From positions 1 through 63,790 of the forward strand of contig CASEYK010000023.1 of the NCBI GenBank assembly GCA_949292105.1: DNA of 63,790 bases, read 5' to 3'. Shown piece by piece: positions 18,674-28,076 of the stretch. Numbering within the stretch: the stretch's first letter is position 1; every line of letters starts with the position of its first letter. The position numbers were made by a program, and so were the translations under genes. The stretch is from an uncultured bacterium (lineage in GTDB: Bacteria; Bacillota_I; Bacilli_A; RFN20; CAG-826). The notes under the pieces were generated by a model, which did no database searches, was not told the DNA's origin, and was given only the letters and a program-made list of their open reading frames with translations.

Positions 18674-20545
18674 ATGAAAAAAACGAAGAACAAAAAAATA
18701 GCTCATTATTTGTATATTCCTGCTGACTTGCTAATAGGATTTATTGTTAATTTACTTTCATTTCTAAGTTACTTCTCTTTTAATACCTTTTCAACCTACT
18801 GGATTGATTTTACTGTATTTTCGCTAATTGTGTCTTTTGTTTTGGTGGTTGTTTTATTTTTTGCCGGGACATACAAAATTTTAACTCGTAACTTCGGCAT
18901 TAGCGACGCACTCAAAACAATGATTATCGTATTTGTGGTCGAATTGGTGTCATTTTGTGGAATCTTTTTAATACCTAATTATAAAGAATTATTTACTGTC
19001 CGTTTCATTTTTCCTTATTTTTTATCGGCAATTGTTCTAGTGCTTTTAATTCCAGCGTTTCGAGCATGGCACAGGATTTTCGCCTTATTTAATTATTATT
19101 TCAAGCAAAAAACTCAAAAGACTAGAATTAGAACTCTTATAGTTGGCGCTGGCGGTGCTGCTAAAATAGTTATAGACGATAGTGTCAGCAACAAAAAAAG
19201 TAGAAACAATATTGTTGTTTTGGCAGATGATGATCCAAACAAGATTGGTGGTACATTTAGTGGTATTCCTGTTGTTGGCCCAATTAGTAATTTGGCTAAT
19301 TTTATTGATACATACAAAATTGAAGAAGTCATTATTGCTATCTCAGATTTAGAAGAACAAAAATTAAGAACGATACTTGACTACCTAGAGCCATGCGACG
19401 TTCGCGTAAGAAGAATGCCTTTGTTGTCCGAAATGGATTCGCCGAATGCAAAACATATAATTGATGTTGATTTAAACGATTTGCTTTGCCGAGACCCAAT
19501 TAAGTTAGATAATAAAGAAATTAACACAATGCTTCAAAGTAAAATCGTTTTAGTCACCGGTGCCGGAGGATCTATAGGTTCAGAGCTTGTAAGACAAATT
19601 ATTAAAACAAATCCATCGCTACTGATTTTGTTTGATATCTATGAAAATGGCGTATACGACATTCAACAAGAGTTAAATAGATACATTAAAAATAATTCTT
19701 CAATAAAAACTCAATTGGTCACTTTGATAGGATCGACATACAACGAAAAAAGAATAAGACAAATTTTTAAACAATTTAAGCCAAATTATGTTTATCATGC
19801 CGCTGCTTATAAGCATGTTCCACTTATGGAAGATTCTCCAATGGAAGCAATTAGAACAAATGTAATTGGCACTTATAATGTGGCAAAGCTATGTGAAGAA
19901 TTTAAAGTCAAGAAAATGGTCTTGGTTTCAACTGACAAAGCTGTTAGACCAACTAATGTAATGGGAGCTACAAAACGTTTTGCCGAAACAATCATTCAAT
20001 TCTTTGCAAATAAATCAAATTCAACTGTTTATGCCGCAGTTCGATTTGGAAATGTTTTAGGATCTAATGGTTCTGTCGTCCCGTTGTTTAGAAAACAAAT
20101 CGAAGAAGGCGGTCCAGTAACTATCACACATAAAGATATCATCAGATATTTTATGACAATACCAGAGGCTGTTTCGCTAATTCTTCAGTGTGGTCTTTTT
20201 GCAAAGGGTGGCGAAATTTTTATCCTAGATATGGGAAAACCTGTAAAAATCTACAATCTCGCTCTCAAAATGATTAGACAAGCAGGTTTTATTCCTTATC
20301 GCGATATTGACATTGTTGAGACAGGTTTAAGACCTGGGGAAAAATTGTATGAGGAGTTGTTGCTCGATAAGAAAACGCAGGCCAAGACAAAAAACAATCG
20401 TATTTTTATTGAGCAAAAAGATATTATTTATCCAATTGAACAAGAAATTGTTGATATATCGAAAGCGTTTGATATGGAAAAAAATGATGATGTAAAAAAG
20501 CTGTTAGCAACTATAATTACATCTTACAAGATTGATTTGCGGTAG
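18674..20545 (+). CDS. capD: Membrane-bound UDP-GlcNAc 4,6-dehydratase (CapD/PglF/WbpM family)
   Basis: Four N-terminal TMs, GAGGAA, TGAGGSIGSEL, HAAAYKHVP, STDKAVRPTNVMGATK and RFGNVLGS motifs. Confidence 0.93.
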   Translation: MKKTKNKKIAHYLYIPADLLIGFIVNLLSFLSYFSFNTFSTYWIDFTVFSLIVSFVLVVVLFFAGTYKILTRNFGISDALKTMIIVFVVELVSFCGIFLIPNYKELFTVRFIFPYFLSAIVLVLLIPAFRAWHRIFALFNYYFKQKTQKTRIRTLIVGAGGAAKIVIDDSVSNKKSRNNIVVLADDDPNKIGGTFSGIPVVGPISNLANFIDTYKIEEVIIAISDLEEQKLRTILDYLEPCDVRVRRMPLLSEMDSPNAKHIIDVDLNDLLCRDPIKLDNKEINTMLQSKIVLVTGAGGSIGSELVRQIIKTNPSLLILFDIYENGVYDIQQELNRYIKNNSSIKTQLVTLIGSTYNEKRIRQIFKQFKPNYVYHAAAYKHVPLMEDSPMEAIRTNVIGTYNVAKLCEEFKVKKMVLVSTDKAVRPTNVMGATKRFAETIIQFFANKSNSTVYAAVRFGNVLGSNGSVVPLFRKQIEEGGPVTITHKDIIRYFMTIPEAVSLILQCGLFAKGGEIFILDMGKPVKIYNLALKMIRQAGFIPYRDIDIVETGLRPGEKLYEELLLDKKTQAKTKNNRIFIEQKDIIYPIEQEIVDISKAFDMEKNDDVKKLLATIITSYKIDLR

Positions 20546-21180
20546 TGTTTAAGATGGATGTGAAATTTAGCGTACGCCAAAAAATATATTTGCCATTTAA
20601 AAGATTTTTTGACATTTTCTTGTCGTTGCTGACGATTATTGTATTCAGTTGGCTGTATTTGCTCATAGCGATTATTATTAAAATGACATCTAAAGGGCCA
20701 GTATTTTTCAAACAAAAACGCGTTGGAAAAAACAAAAAAATTTTCAATATTTTAAAATTTCGAACAATGAGAATTGATGCTCCGAGCAATGTGCCCACTC
20801 ATTTACTCGATAATCCAGAAATATACATCACCAAATTTGGAAGATTTTTGCGTAAGACATCTCTTGATGAATTACCGCAAGTATTTAATATTTTTGTTGG
20901 ACAAATGTCAATTGTTGGTCCCCGCCCCGCTTTGTGGAATCAAGAGGATTTAATTATTGAAAGAGATAAATATGGAGCCAATCGCATAAGACCAGGTTTG
21001 TCTGGCTGGGCCCAATGCCACGGACGCGACACTTTGCCTATTGAGAAAAAAGCAGAACTTGATGGCTATTATGTTAAAAAGTTTAATATATGGATGGACA
21101 TTAAAATAATTTTTTTAACGGCAATCAAAGCTTTTGTTGGCAAAGATGAAAAGGAAGGCAAACAAAGCGATGACAAATAG
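20545..21180 (+). CDS. Initiating phosphoglycosyl transferase (bacterial sugar transferase)
   Basis: KRFFD, KFRTM, RKTSLDELPQ, GPRP and PGLSGWAQ motifs. Confidence 0.93.
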   Translation: MFKMDVKFSVRQKIYLPFKRFFDIFLSLLTIIVFSWLYLLIAIIIKMTSKGPVFFKQKRVGKNKKIFNILKFRTMRIDAPSNVPTHLLDNPEIYITKFGRFLRKTSLDELPQVFNIFVGQMSIVGPRPALWNQEDLIIERDKYGANRIRPGLSGWAQCHGRDTLPIEKKAELDGYYVKKFNIWMDIKIIFLTAIKAFVGKDEKEGKQSDDK

Positions 21181-21206
21181 TCCTAACTATATTTATAATT
21201 GCTAAT

Positions 21207-22400
21207 ATGAAAATTATTATTTTTGGGATAGGGTATGTTGGATTATCCAACGCTATTGTTTTAAATAAACACAACGATGTTGTTTTAATTGATGTCGATA
21301 AAACTAAAATTGATTTGATTAATAAAGGACATCCGACTATTGTTGATAAGGACATAGAAGACTATTTTAAGAGCAATGACACACATTTGTTAGCAACGGA
21401 TGATTTAAAAATTTGTAAAAATGCTGATATCGTTTTGATTGCGACACCAACGGACTATGATTCACAAATGAATCGTTTTGATACATCGAGTATTGAAAAT
21501 GTTTTGAATAAATTGCTAAAAATCAATAGAAAGTGTATGGTGATTATCAAATCAACTGTCCCGGTTGGATACACAAGACATTTAATTAATCAATTTGGAT
21601 ATGACAATATCTTTTTTTCTCCTGAATTTTTGCGAGAGGGACATGCTCTATTTGACAATCTATATCCATCTAGAATTATTGTTGGTGTCTCTAAAAAAGA
21701 TAAAAAACATATTGAAAAAGCACAGAAGTTTGCCAGCCTGTTGAAAGATGGTGCGTTAAAAAAAGACACATTATCTCTTATTTTGGGGTTAGAAGAAGCT
21801 GAGTCAGTTAAATTATTTTCTAATACATATTTAGCAATGCGAGTTGCGTATTTTAACGAACTTGATACATTTGCTGAAACAAATGACTTAAACACACAAG
21901 ATATTATCGATGGAGTTTGCGCTGATCCGCGAATAGGCGATTTTTATAACAATCCTTCATTTGGATATGGAGGATATTGCTTGCCAAAAGATACTAAGCA
22001 ACTAAATGCTAATTTTTCTAATGTCCCAAGCTGTTTGCCCCAAGCGGTTGTTGAATCTAATGCAACAAGAAAAAAATACATCGCCAATCAAATTCTTGCT
22101 CGCATAAATGACGGCGACACAATTGGCATTTTTCGACTTGTTATGAAAACTGGAACATCCGATTTTCGACAAAGTTCAATTCAAGACATCATTGATTGCA
22201 TTTTAAATAGCAAACGAAAAGTTCGCGTTATTATATACGAACCATTATCTAGCAGGAAGGATTTTATGGGAGTAGAAATCATCGATAACATCGATGAATT
22301 TAAACATCAATCTAATCTTATTGTCGCCAATCGTTTTGAAGAATGTCTTAACGATGTTGTTCAAAAACTCTATACACGTGATTTATTCAAGAGAGATTAG
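21207..22400 (+). CDS. ugd: UDP-glucose 6-dehydrogenase
   Basis: GIGYVG, KSTVPVG, FSPEFLREG, catalytic GYGGYCLPKD and C-terminal YTRDLF. Confidence 0.95.
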   Translation: MKIIIFGIGYVGLSNAIVLNKHNDVVLIDVDKTKIDLINKGHPTIVDKDIEDYFKSNDTHLLATDDLKICKNADIVLIATPTDYDSQMNRFDTSSIENVLNKLLKINRKCMVIIKSTVPVGYTRHLINQFGYDNIFFSPEFLREGHALFDNLYPSRIIVGVSKKDKKHIEKAQKFASLLKDGALKKDTLSLILGLEEAESVKLFSNTYLAMRVAYFNELDTFAETNDLNTQDIIDGVCADPRIGDFYNNPSFGYGGYCLPKDTKQLNANFSNVPSCLPQAVVESNATRKKYIANQILARINDGDTIGIFRLVMKTGTSDFRQSSIQDIIDCILNSKRKVRVIIYEPLSSRKDFMGVEIIDNIDEFKHQSNLIVANRFEECLNDVVQKLYTRDLFKRD

Positions 22401-22453
22401 TCTAAAAGGCGATTATTGTTTATATATCAATTACCATTTATAATATTTTTGTT

Positions 22454-23659
22454 ATGCTAAAAATATTAATCGAATCAACTCATGGTAAAAAAGAAAACGA
22501 AATTTTGTTTGAAAGCGAATATTTGAATAAGGTTATTCATTTGAAACAAAACGAGTATTTTCTTTTTGATTTTTTGGAAAACAATGATTTTGATAGCGAA
22601 AATCGATTCAATAAAGTCACTTTATCCTTTGATGATATGCAAATTGAATTTCCGCTTCAAGATAGCAGTGATGTTATTTGGGTAAATTATAAAGTTAATA
22701 GTAAAAACATTGTTTTGCGCTCTTTTTTTAATACAACCAAAGATAAATTGTCAGAATTAAAAGATTCGATTTATAACTCTCTTATTGAATTAAAAAAACT
22801 TCCTACTGAAACTGAAGAACAGATTCTTGATAAAATAAATCAAATTTTTGAGAACTTAACTAAATTAAATTGCCGATATGTGTCTATAGATTTAAGTGAT
22901 TTTATCAATAACGATAATGCGACAGCGATTAAAAAAGCATTAGTATCAAAAACGAATCTCTCTTTTCCTATCTTTATCAAAGATAAAGAAAATGTGAAAG
23001 AGATTGATAAAACAAATAACAAATCATCATCAAAAAAAGATGAAATCCCTCAAATCAAAGAATCCAACAACGAATTAGAATCTGAAGATAATTATTATTT
23101 TATTGTTGTCGGCGCGGAAAAAGATGAAGAGAAGGACTCTTCAAAATCGCAAAATACTAAAGGTGAAAATGCCAAGTTATTCGCTAGACATGTCTTTCAA
23201 TCGGCTAAAAAGAATTGGTCAAGTATTTTATTAATTTTATTTTCCTCATTTTTGATGGTTTTATTCTCTTCTTTAATCATCTATTCGTTCAAGAATAATG
23301 AGTTGCTCGATTCTGTTCTCATACTAATTATTTCGATTGTTTTCTTTGGCATTTCTGGTTTTATTTATATTTCTTGCTTTGATTTTTTGCTCACCAAATC
23401 GAATGACAACAAAAAGCGAATTTTAACTGTTTTAGTTATCGTTGAACCAATACTTATTCTTGCCGCAGGCATTGGCTATTTATGCTTATATTTATTTTAT
23501 TTATCCAATTTTTTGGTCAGCAAAGAACAATTTAACTTCGTTGACATATACCCATCATTTATCTTTTTGGCGGTTATGATGCTTTTGCCTCTAGTCGCCA
23601 AGCCAATGAACATCTTATTTGCAAAAATTGCCAAATTATTTTCAAAAAAGAAAAATTAA
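22454..23659 (+). CDS. Hypothetical membrane protein
   Basis: ~250-aa soluble N-terminus plus four C-terminal TMs; TATAAT lies 9 nt upstream. Confidence 0.7.
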   Translation: MLKILIESTHGKKENEILFESEYLNKVIHLKQNEYFLFDFLENNDFDSENRFNKVTLSFDDMQIEFPLQDSSDVIWVNYKVNSKNIVLRSFFNTTKDKLSELKDSIYNSLIELKKLPTETEEQILDKINQIFENLTKLNCRYVSIDLSDFINNDNATAIKKALVSKTNLSFPIFIKDKENVKEIDKTNNKSSSKKDEIPQIKESNNELESEDNYYFIVVGAEKDEEKDSSKSQNTKGENAKLFARHVFQSAKKNWSSILLILFSSFLMVLFSSLIIYSFKNNELLDSVLILIISIVFFGISGFIYISCFDFLLTKSNDNKKRILTVLVIVEPILILAAGIGYLCLYLFYLSNFLVSKEQFNFVDIYPSFIFLAVMMLLPLVAKPMNILFAKIAKLFSKKKN

Positions 23660-24516
23660 TTATTAATTAGTTGAAAAGAACATTCTTTCGCATTATTTAA
23701 AAAGAATTGCCCAATTGCGTTAAAATCGCAGTTCAATAGTTTTTGGTCTTCGCTTTGGCTTTTAATCATAGCCAGTACATACCATTGAAGTGATAAAAAC
23801 ATCCGATATAAATAAAATCTTTTATAATCGTCATCAGTTATTTTGCCTTTAAAATAGAATTTTAATAATTTAATGCCTTCCTCCATCTTGTTGTTGGCAA
23901 ATGCCGCAATATCATATATTGGGTCGTTGTTCATCGCGAATTCAAAATCAATCATATAATATTTGTCATGCGCTGAACATACGATATTGCTCTTTTGAAA
24001 ATCATTGTGGCAAAGGATTTTTTCAAACGAATTAAGATAGAGATAGTTTTGCTTGAAATATTCAAACATTTGGTAAAAAGAAGAATCGAGTAAAATGTTC
24101 TTACTTTTGGCAATTTCTAGATAATTTGTCATCGCTGAAAGAGGTTCAAAAGTCTTTTCGCATTTTATTTTTTTATCGTGAAGCGCATGGAGTAATTTCG
24201 CTACTGACTCATAAGAAAAATTATCTATATTATTCAGCGATTCACCAGTAATAAATTCGTTAATCTTGACACCGTTAGTGGTATCGAAATAAATATTTTT
24301 ACTCGTTAATCCAAGCGAGTAGATAACAGCTTGTATTTTTTGTTCTAAATCTCGGTCGATGGTTGAATTAGCAAATTCGCTTCCCTGATAGAGAATATAA
24401 TATTTTCCTTTCGAAAAAATAAGATGAGAAAAATTAGTCATCCCACCTTCTATTTTTTTGACAACTTGATAATCTTTTTTAAAAATATTGTCCAAAAGTT
24501 TATAATCAATTTCCAT
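23656..24516 (-). CDS. Choline/ethanolamine kinase family phosphotransferase (LicA-like)
   Basis: GGMTN, Brenner motif CHNDFQKSN, and IDFEFA...DPIYD. Confidence 0.85.
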   Translation of the reverse strand: MEIDYKLLDNIFKKDYQVVKKIEGGMTNFSHLIFSKGKYYILYQGSEFANSTIDRDLEQKIQAVIYSLGLTSKNIYFDTTNGVKINEFITGESLNNIDNFSYESVAKLLHALHDKKIKCEKTFEPLSAMTNYLEIAKSKNILLDSSFYQMFEYFKQNYLYLNSFEKILCHNDFQKSNIVCSAHDKYYMIDFEFAMNNDPIYDIAAFANNKMEEGIKLLKFYFKGKITDDDYKRFYLYRMFLSLQWYVLAMIKSQSEDQKLLNCDFNAIGQFFLNNAKECSFQLINN

Positions 24517-25423
24517 TTTTTGCCCGCTCTTCTTTTACCTTTAAAAGTTTACTATAATCTGAATCGATTTGAGCGAAATATTTGATAAAGCATTTATAAA
24601 ATCCTTTACTTTCGCTTGTTATGTACGGTTTTCTATCGGCTGATGTTTGTTCTAAAGAAGGCAAATGGTAATAATGATTTACTTTCCAATTTTGTAAAAA
24701 GCCAATCTTAATCGCATCACTCGGACAATAAAACGAGCATCTCATGCACATATCACATCGATGGTGGAAAACAATCTTGCCTTTTTTCTCGTAAATGTTG
24801 CCGCTGGGACATTGATCAATACATTTATAACATTTAATACATTTATTCTCATCAATTCGATAAAAAAATGAATTAATTGGACCTCCAATTTTTTGAATTG
24901 AAATGCAAAAAGATAAAAAGTCATAAAATATATTAGACTTAATTGTTCTATAAATGCCGTTGCATAGGTTATAGACCATCAGTTCACATAATTTATGATC
25001 TTTTTCAATCATTTCTTTAATAAAGTTTTCATCGAAGGGGAAGTGGATGTTGTACGGCATTACAAAATGATATTCGCCTGTTAAATTTAATTTTTGATGT
25101 TTCATTCTTCTTTTAATAATGCGACTTGAGCTGTTGTTGAGCCCTAGTGTTTCGCCGCTATTTTTGTAGATGAAATAATTTTGTCCTTTTTTAAATTTAA
25201 CTTTTGTTTTTAAGAATCGATTGAACGGAAGAGGGGAATTAAAGGCATAAATCGGATAACCCAGTCCAATTAAGTCATAATTATCGGTATTGATACTTTC
25301 GGTTTTATAGTTGACTTCAACCATTTCAACGCTATGTCCATATTTGATGAATTCGTTCCTTACCATTTCAGTAATGAAACGAGTATTAAATGTTCCTGTA
25401 AAATAAATAAGAAGAATGTTCAT
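24506..25423 (-). CDS. EFR1-family flavodoxin-ferredoxin fusion
   Basis: YFTGTFNT flavodoxin-like start plus two CxxCxxCxxxCP 4Fe-4S motifs. Confidence 0.9.
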   Translation of the reverse strand: MNILLIYFTGTFNTRFITEMVRNEFIKYGHSVEMVEVNYKTESINTDNYDLIGLGYPIYAFNSPLPFNRFLKTKVKFKKGQNYFIYKNSGETLGLNNSSSRIIKRRMKHQKLNLTGEYHFVMPYNIHFPFDENFIKEMIEKDHKLCELMVYNLCNGIYRTIKSNIFYDFLSFCISIQKIGGPINSFFYRIDENKCIKCYKCIDQCPSGNIYEKKGKIVFHHRCDMCMRCSFYCPSDAIKIGFLQNWKVNHYYHLPSLEQTSADRKPYITSESKGFYKCFIKYFAQIDSDYSKLLKVKEERAKNGN

Positions 25424-25543
25424 ATAATCTTAATTATTATATCGTAAACAGAAATAAGTTTATAATTTTATTATCAATGCACTTCGTTTGCATTCTTAAT
25501 AAAGTATCGTTATGATTATCGTAAATAAAAAGAGGAAATTTCT

Positions 25544-25801
25544 ATGATGTTCGAATATAAAACGCAAGGCACCTGTTCACGCTTAATCACAATTGATTAC
25601 GACCCAAATACACATCTCGTCAATTCTATTCGTTTTAATGGTGGCTGCCCAGGCAATACCCAAGGTGTCGCTAGGCTATGTGCTGGCAAGAAACTAGAAG
25701 AAGTAAAGGAATTATTGTCTGACATTAAGTGTGGCTTAAGACCAACTTCTTGCCCAGATCAACTAGCTAAAGCCTGTTCGCAAATTTTAGATACTCTTTA
25801 A
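25544..25801 (+). CDS. TSCPD-domain protein (TIGR03905-like)
   Basis: GTCS, GGCPGN and CGxRPTSCPDQLA motifs. Confidence 0.9.
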   Translation: MMFEYKTQGTCSRLITIDYDPNTHLVNSIRFNGGCPGNTQGVARLCAGKKLEEVKELLSDIKCGLRPTSCPDQLAKACSQILDTL

Positions 25802-25830
25802 TAGATTTATAAGAAGTAAACAATAAAAAT

Positions 25831-25854
25831 AACCCATGCAATGCATGGGTTTTT
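25831..25854. terminator. Bidirectional intrinsic terminator
   Basis: AACCCATGCA-A-TGCATGGGTT between the convergent TSCPD gene and tRNA operon, with A/T tails. Confidence 0.8.
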
Positions 25855-25862
25855 AACTTTTT

Positions 25863-25951
25863 TGGTGCCCGGGACCGGAATCGAACCGGTACGGAATTTT
25901 ACTTCCGCAGGATTTTAAGTCCTGTGCGTCTACCTATTTCGCCACCTGGGC
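25863..25951 (-). tRNA. tRNA-Leu(TAA)
   Basis: Cloverleaf with long variable arm, loop CT-TAA-AA, encoded CCA. Confidence 0.95.
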
Positions 25952-25960
25952 CCGAATAAA

Positions 25961-26036
25961 TGGTCTCCCGTAGAAGATTCGAACTTCTGACCCCTTGATT
26001 AAAAGTCAAGTGCTCTACCGACTGAGCTAACGGGAG
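25961..26036 (-). tRNA. tRNA-Lys(TTT)
   Basis: Cloverleaf, loop CT-TTT-AA, GTTCGAATC, CCA. Confidence 0.95.
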
Positions 26037-26044
26037 TGATGTTT

Positions 26045-26120
26045 TGGCTGGGGTGGGTGGATTCGGACCACCGCGATGATAGAGTCAAAGTCTATTGCCT
26101 TACCACTTGGCTACACCCCA
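26045..26120 (-). tRNA. tRNA-Gln(TTG)
   Basis: Cloverleaf, loop CT-TTG-AC, U1-A72 pair, CCA; the T-loop reads TCCGAAT. Confidence 0.93.
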
Positions 26121-26126
26121 ACGAAG

Positions 26127-26210
26127 TGGTGGAGGGGGGCAGATTCGAACCGCCGAACCCGAAGGAGCTGATTTACAGTCAGCCGCGTTTAGCCTCTTCG
26201 CTACCCCTCC
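26127..26210 (-). tRNA. tRNA-Tyr(GTA)
   Basis: Cloverleaf with long variable arm, loop CT-GTA-AA, CCA. Confidence 0.95.
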
Positions 26211-26236
26211 ATATTTTGAACGGCGTAGATGTTTAC

Positions 26237-26312
26237 TGGTGGATGCTGAGGGGATCGAACCCCCGACCTCCGCCGTGTAAAGGCGATGCTCTCCCAGCTG
26301 AGCTAAGCATCC
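26237..26312 (-). tRNA. tRNA-Val(TAC)
   Basis: Cloverleaf, loop TT-TAC-AC, CCA. Confidence 0.95.
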
Positions 26313-26333
26313 GCTTCTCATATACGCTTAAAT

Positions 26334-26363
26334 ACTATATCACTTAATATTGTTGATAGTCAA
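26334..26363 (-). promoter_or_regulatory. Promoter of the Val-Tyr-Gln-Lys-Leu tRNA operon
   Basis: Minus strand: TTGACT, 18-bp spacer ending in TGn, then TATAGT. Confidence 0.65.
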
Positions 26364-26412
26364 CGAAAAATAAAGAAGAAAACGCTCAAATATAAAACTA
26401 AATAAATTTAGT

Positions 26413-27696
26413 TTAATAACCTTTTTTGCCGAGCAAATGGAACATATTTCTTTTGTATACTTCAACGCCTGGCTGATTGAATGGATTAATCTCTAACAAG
26501 TAAGCGCTCATAGCACAAGCTCGCATAAAGAAATAGAATAAATAGCCCAAATTGTAAGGATTCATGCTATCTAATTCAAGAACGATACAAGGAACCTTTC
26601 CTTCTTGTGTGTGCGCTTGTAGAGTTCCTTCAAAGGCTTGATGATTGACAAAAGAAAGAGATTTATTTTCTAAATAATTTAAGCCATCGAGATCTAAATC
26701 ATCGTGTGGGACTAAGACATCATAAGCAGGCTTTTCGACATAAATGATTGTTTCAAAGAGCACAGGAGACCCGTCCTGAATAAACTGTCCTAGCGAATGC
26801 AAGTCGGTAGAAAAAGTAGCGGAAGTGGGAAACAGACCCTTTTTCATTTTGCCTTCTGATTCGCCGAATAATTGTTTGAGCCATTCACCGATTTGAGTAA
26901 ATTGTGGCTCGTAGGTGACAAAAAGTTCGCAAGATTTTTTAGCTTTGCGATAAAAATAGTCGCGCGAGCAGGCATATTGGTAGCAAATATTTGAGTGCAA
27001 ATCATCGTTATCAAAAGTAGCCATAGCATCATATGCGCCTTTCATAAAGTCATCGATATCAACCCCAGCGCAGGCAAGAGGAAATAAGCCGACAGCACTA
27101 AATACGCTATAGCGGCCACCGATGTCCGAAGGGAGAACATAGGTTTGATATCCTTCTTTTCTTGCCAATGTTAAAAGAGCACCTGTTTCTTTATCAGTTG
27201 TGGCAAATATGGCTTTGCGTGCTGCATCTTTTCCGATTTGTTTTTCGAGCAGTTCTTTTACAAGGCGAAAAGCGATGCTTGTTTCGGTTGTCGTGCCGCT
27301 TTTAGATATAACATTGATTGCAAATTTTTTACCTTTTAAATATTCAAGAACTTGAGCGGTATAATTTGGAGAAAATGTTTGCCCAAAGAATATAATTTCA
27401 GGCTTGCTCGTGCTTTTAATGCCGTTGAGAGCTTCGATTGCCGCTCTAGCACCTAGATAGCTGCCACCGATACCGCATACGACGAGAACATCAAAATGAT
27501 TTCTAACATATTCAGCATCTTTTTTTATTTGTTCAGCTTCTTGCTTGTCATAAGTGAGAGGGTATTTCGCCCAGCCTAAATAATCATTGCCTGGCAAAGT
27601 TTTCTCATTAATAGCTTTATTAATGGTAACAACTCTATCTTTATATTGTTCTAGTTCTTCTTTTTTGAGTGCATTTTCCAAAATTAGTTTCAACAT
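26413..27696 (-). CDS. pgi: Glucose-6-phosphate isomerase
   Basis: GIGGSYLG, SKSGTTTE, GGRYSV, ESEGK and NPFNQPGVEVYK motifs. Confidence 0.97.
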   Translation of the reverse strand: MLKLILENALKKEELEQYKDRVVTINKAINEKTLPGNDYLGWAKYPLTYDKQEAEQIKKDAEYVRNHFDVLVVCGIGGSYLGARAAIEALNGIKSTSKPEIIFFGQTFSPNYTAQVLEYLKGKKFAINVISKSGTTTETSIAFRLVKELLEKQIGKDAARKAIFATTDKETGALLTLARKEGYQTYVLPSDIGGRYSVFSAVGLFPLACAGVDIDDFMKGAYDAMATFDNDDLHSNICYQYACSRDYFYRKAKKSCELFVTYEPQFTQIGEWLKQLFGESEGKMKKGLFPTSATFSTDLHSLGQFIQDGSPVLFETIIYVEKPAYDVLVPHDDLDLDGLNYLENKSLSFVNHQAFEGTLQAHTQEGKVPCIVLELDSMNPYNLGYLFYFFMRACAMSAYLLEINPFNQPGVEVYKRNMFHLLGKKGY

Positions 27697-27698
27697 AT

Positions 27699-28076
27699 TT
27701 ATTTTTGCTCCTTTTTTATCGCTTCTTCGTATGTTTTATCAATCCATTCATCGAGATGTTCTTTAAGAATTATAAATTCTTCTTTATCGATTTTTGGTAT
27801 TCTTCTTTTTGTGTTTTGATGGGTAGAATATCGCTCTTGTTCAGGAACTTGTTTAAGAGAGACACGCATAAATTTCGTGTGCTGATCAATTTGGAGAATT
27901 TTGACTTTTATCTCGTCATCACAAGAGGTATAAAGTTCGATGTCTTTAACAAAGCCATCGCTTATTTCCGATATGTGAAGCAAGCCGCTATATCCGCCAT
28001 CAAAAGATAAAAACGCAGCGTATGGCTTGACCTCTTTTACTTTGCCTATTACTATGTCGCCGACATTGTAATTCAT
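27699..28076 (-). CDS. S1 RNA-binding protein (GSP13/YugI-like)
   Basis: GDIVIGKV...GLLHISEISDGFVKDI S1 domain and the C-terminal FxxLKxxLxxW helix. Confidence 0.88.
   Translation of the reverse strand: MNYNVGDIVIGKVKEVKPYAAFLSFDGGYSGLLHISEISDGFVKDIELYTSCDDEIKVKILQIDQHTKFMRVSLKQVPEQERYSTHQNTKRRIPKIDKEEFIILKEHLDEWIDKTYEEAIKKEQK

Noticed and set aside
26036-26347. Three ORFs (26036-26347, 26095-26280, 26100-26321) in the ORF track
   Set aside because: They overlap the tRNA genes and are artefacts of GC-rich tRNA sequence.
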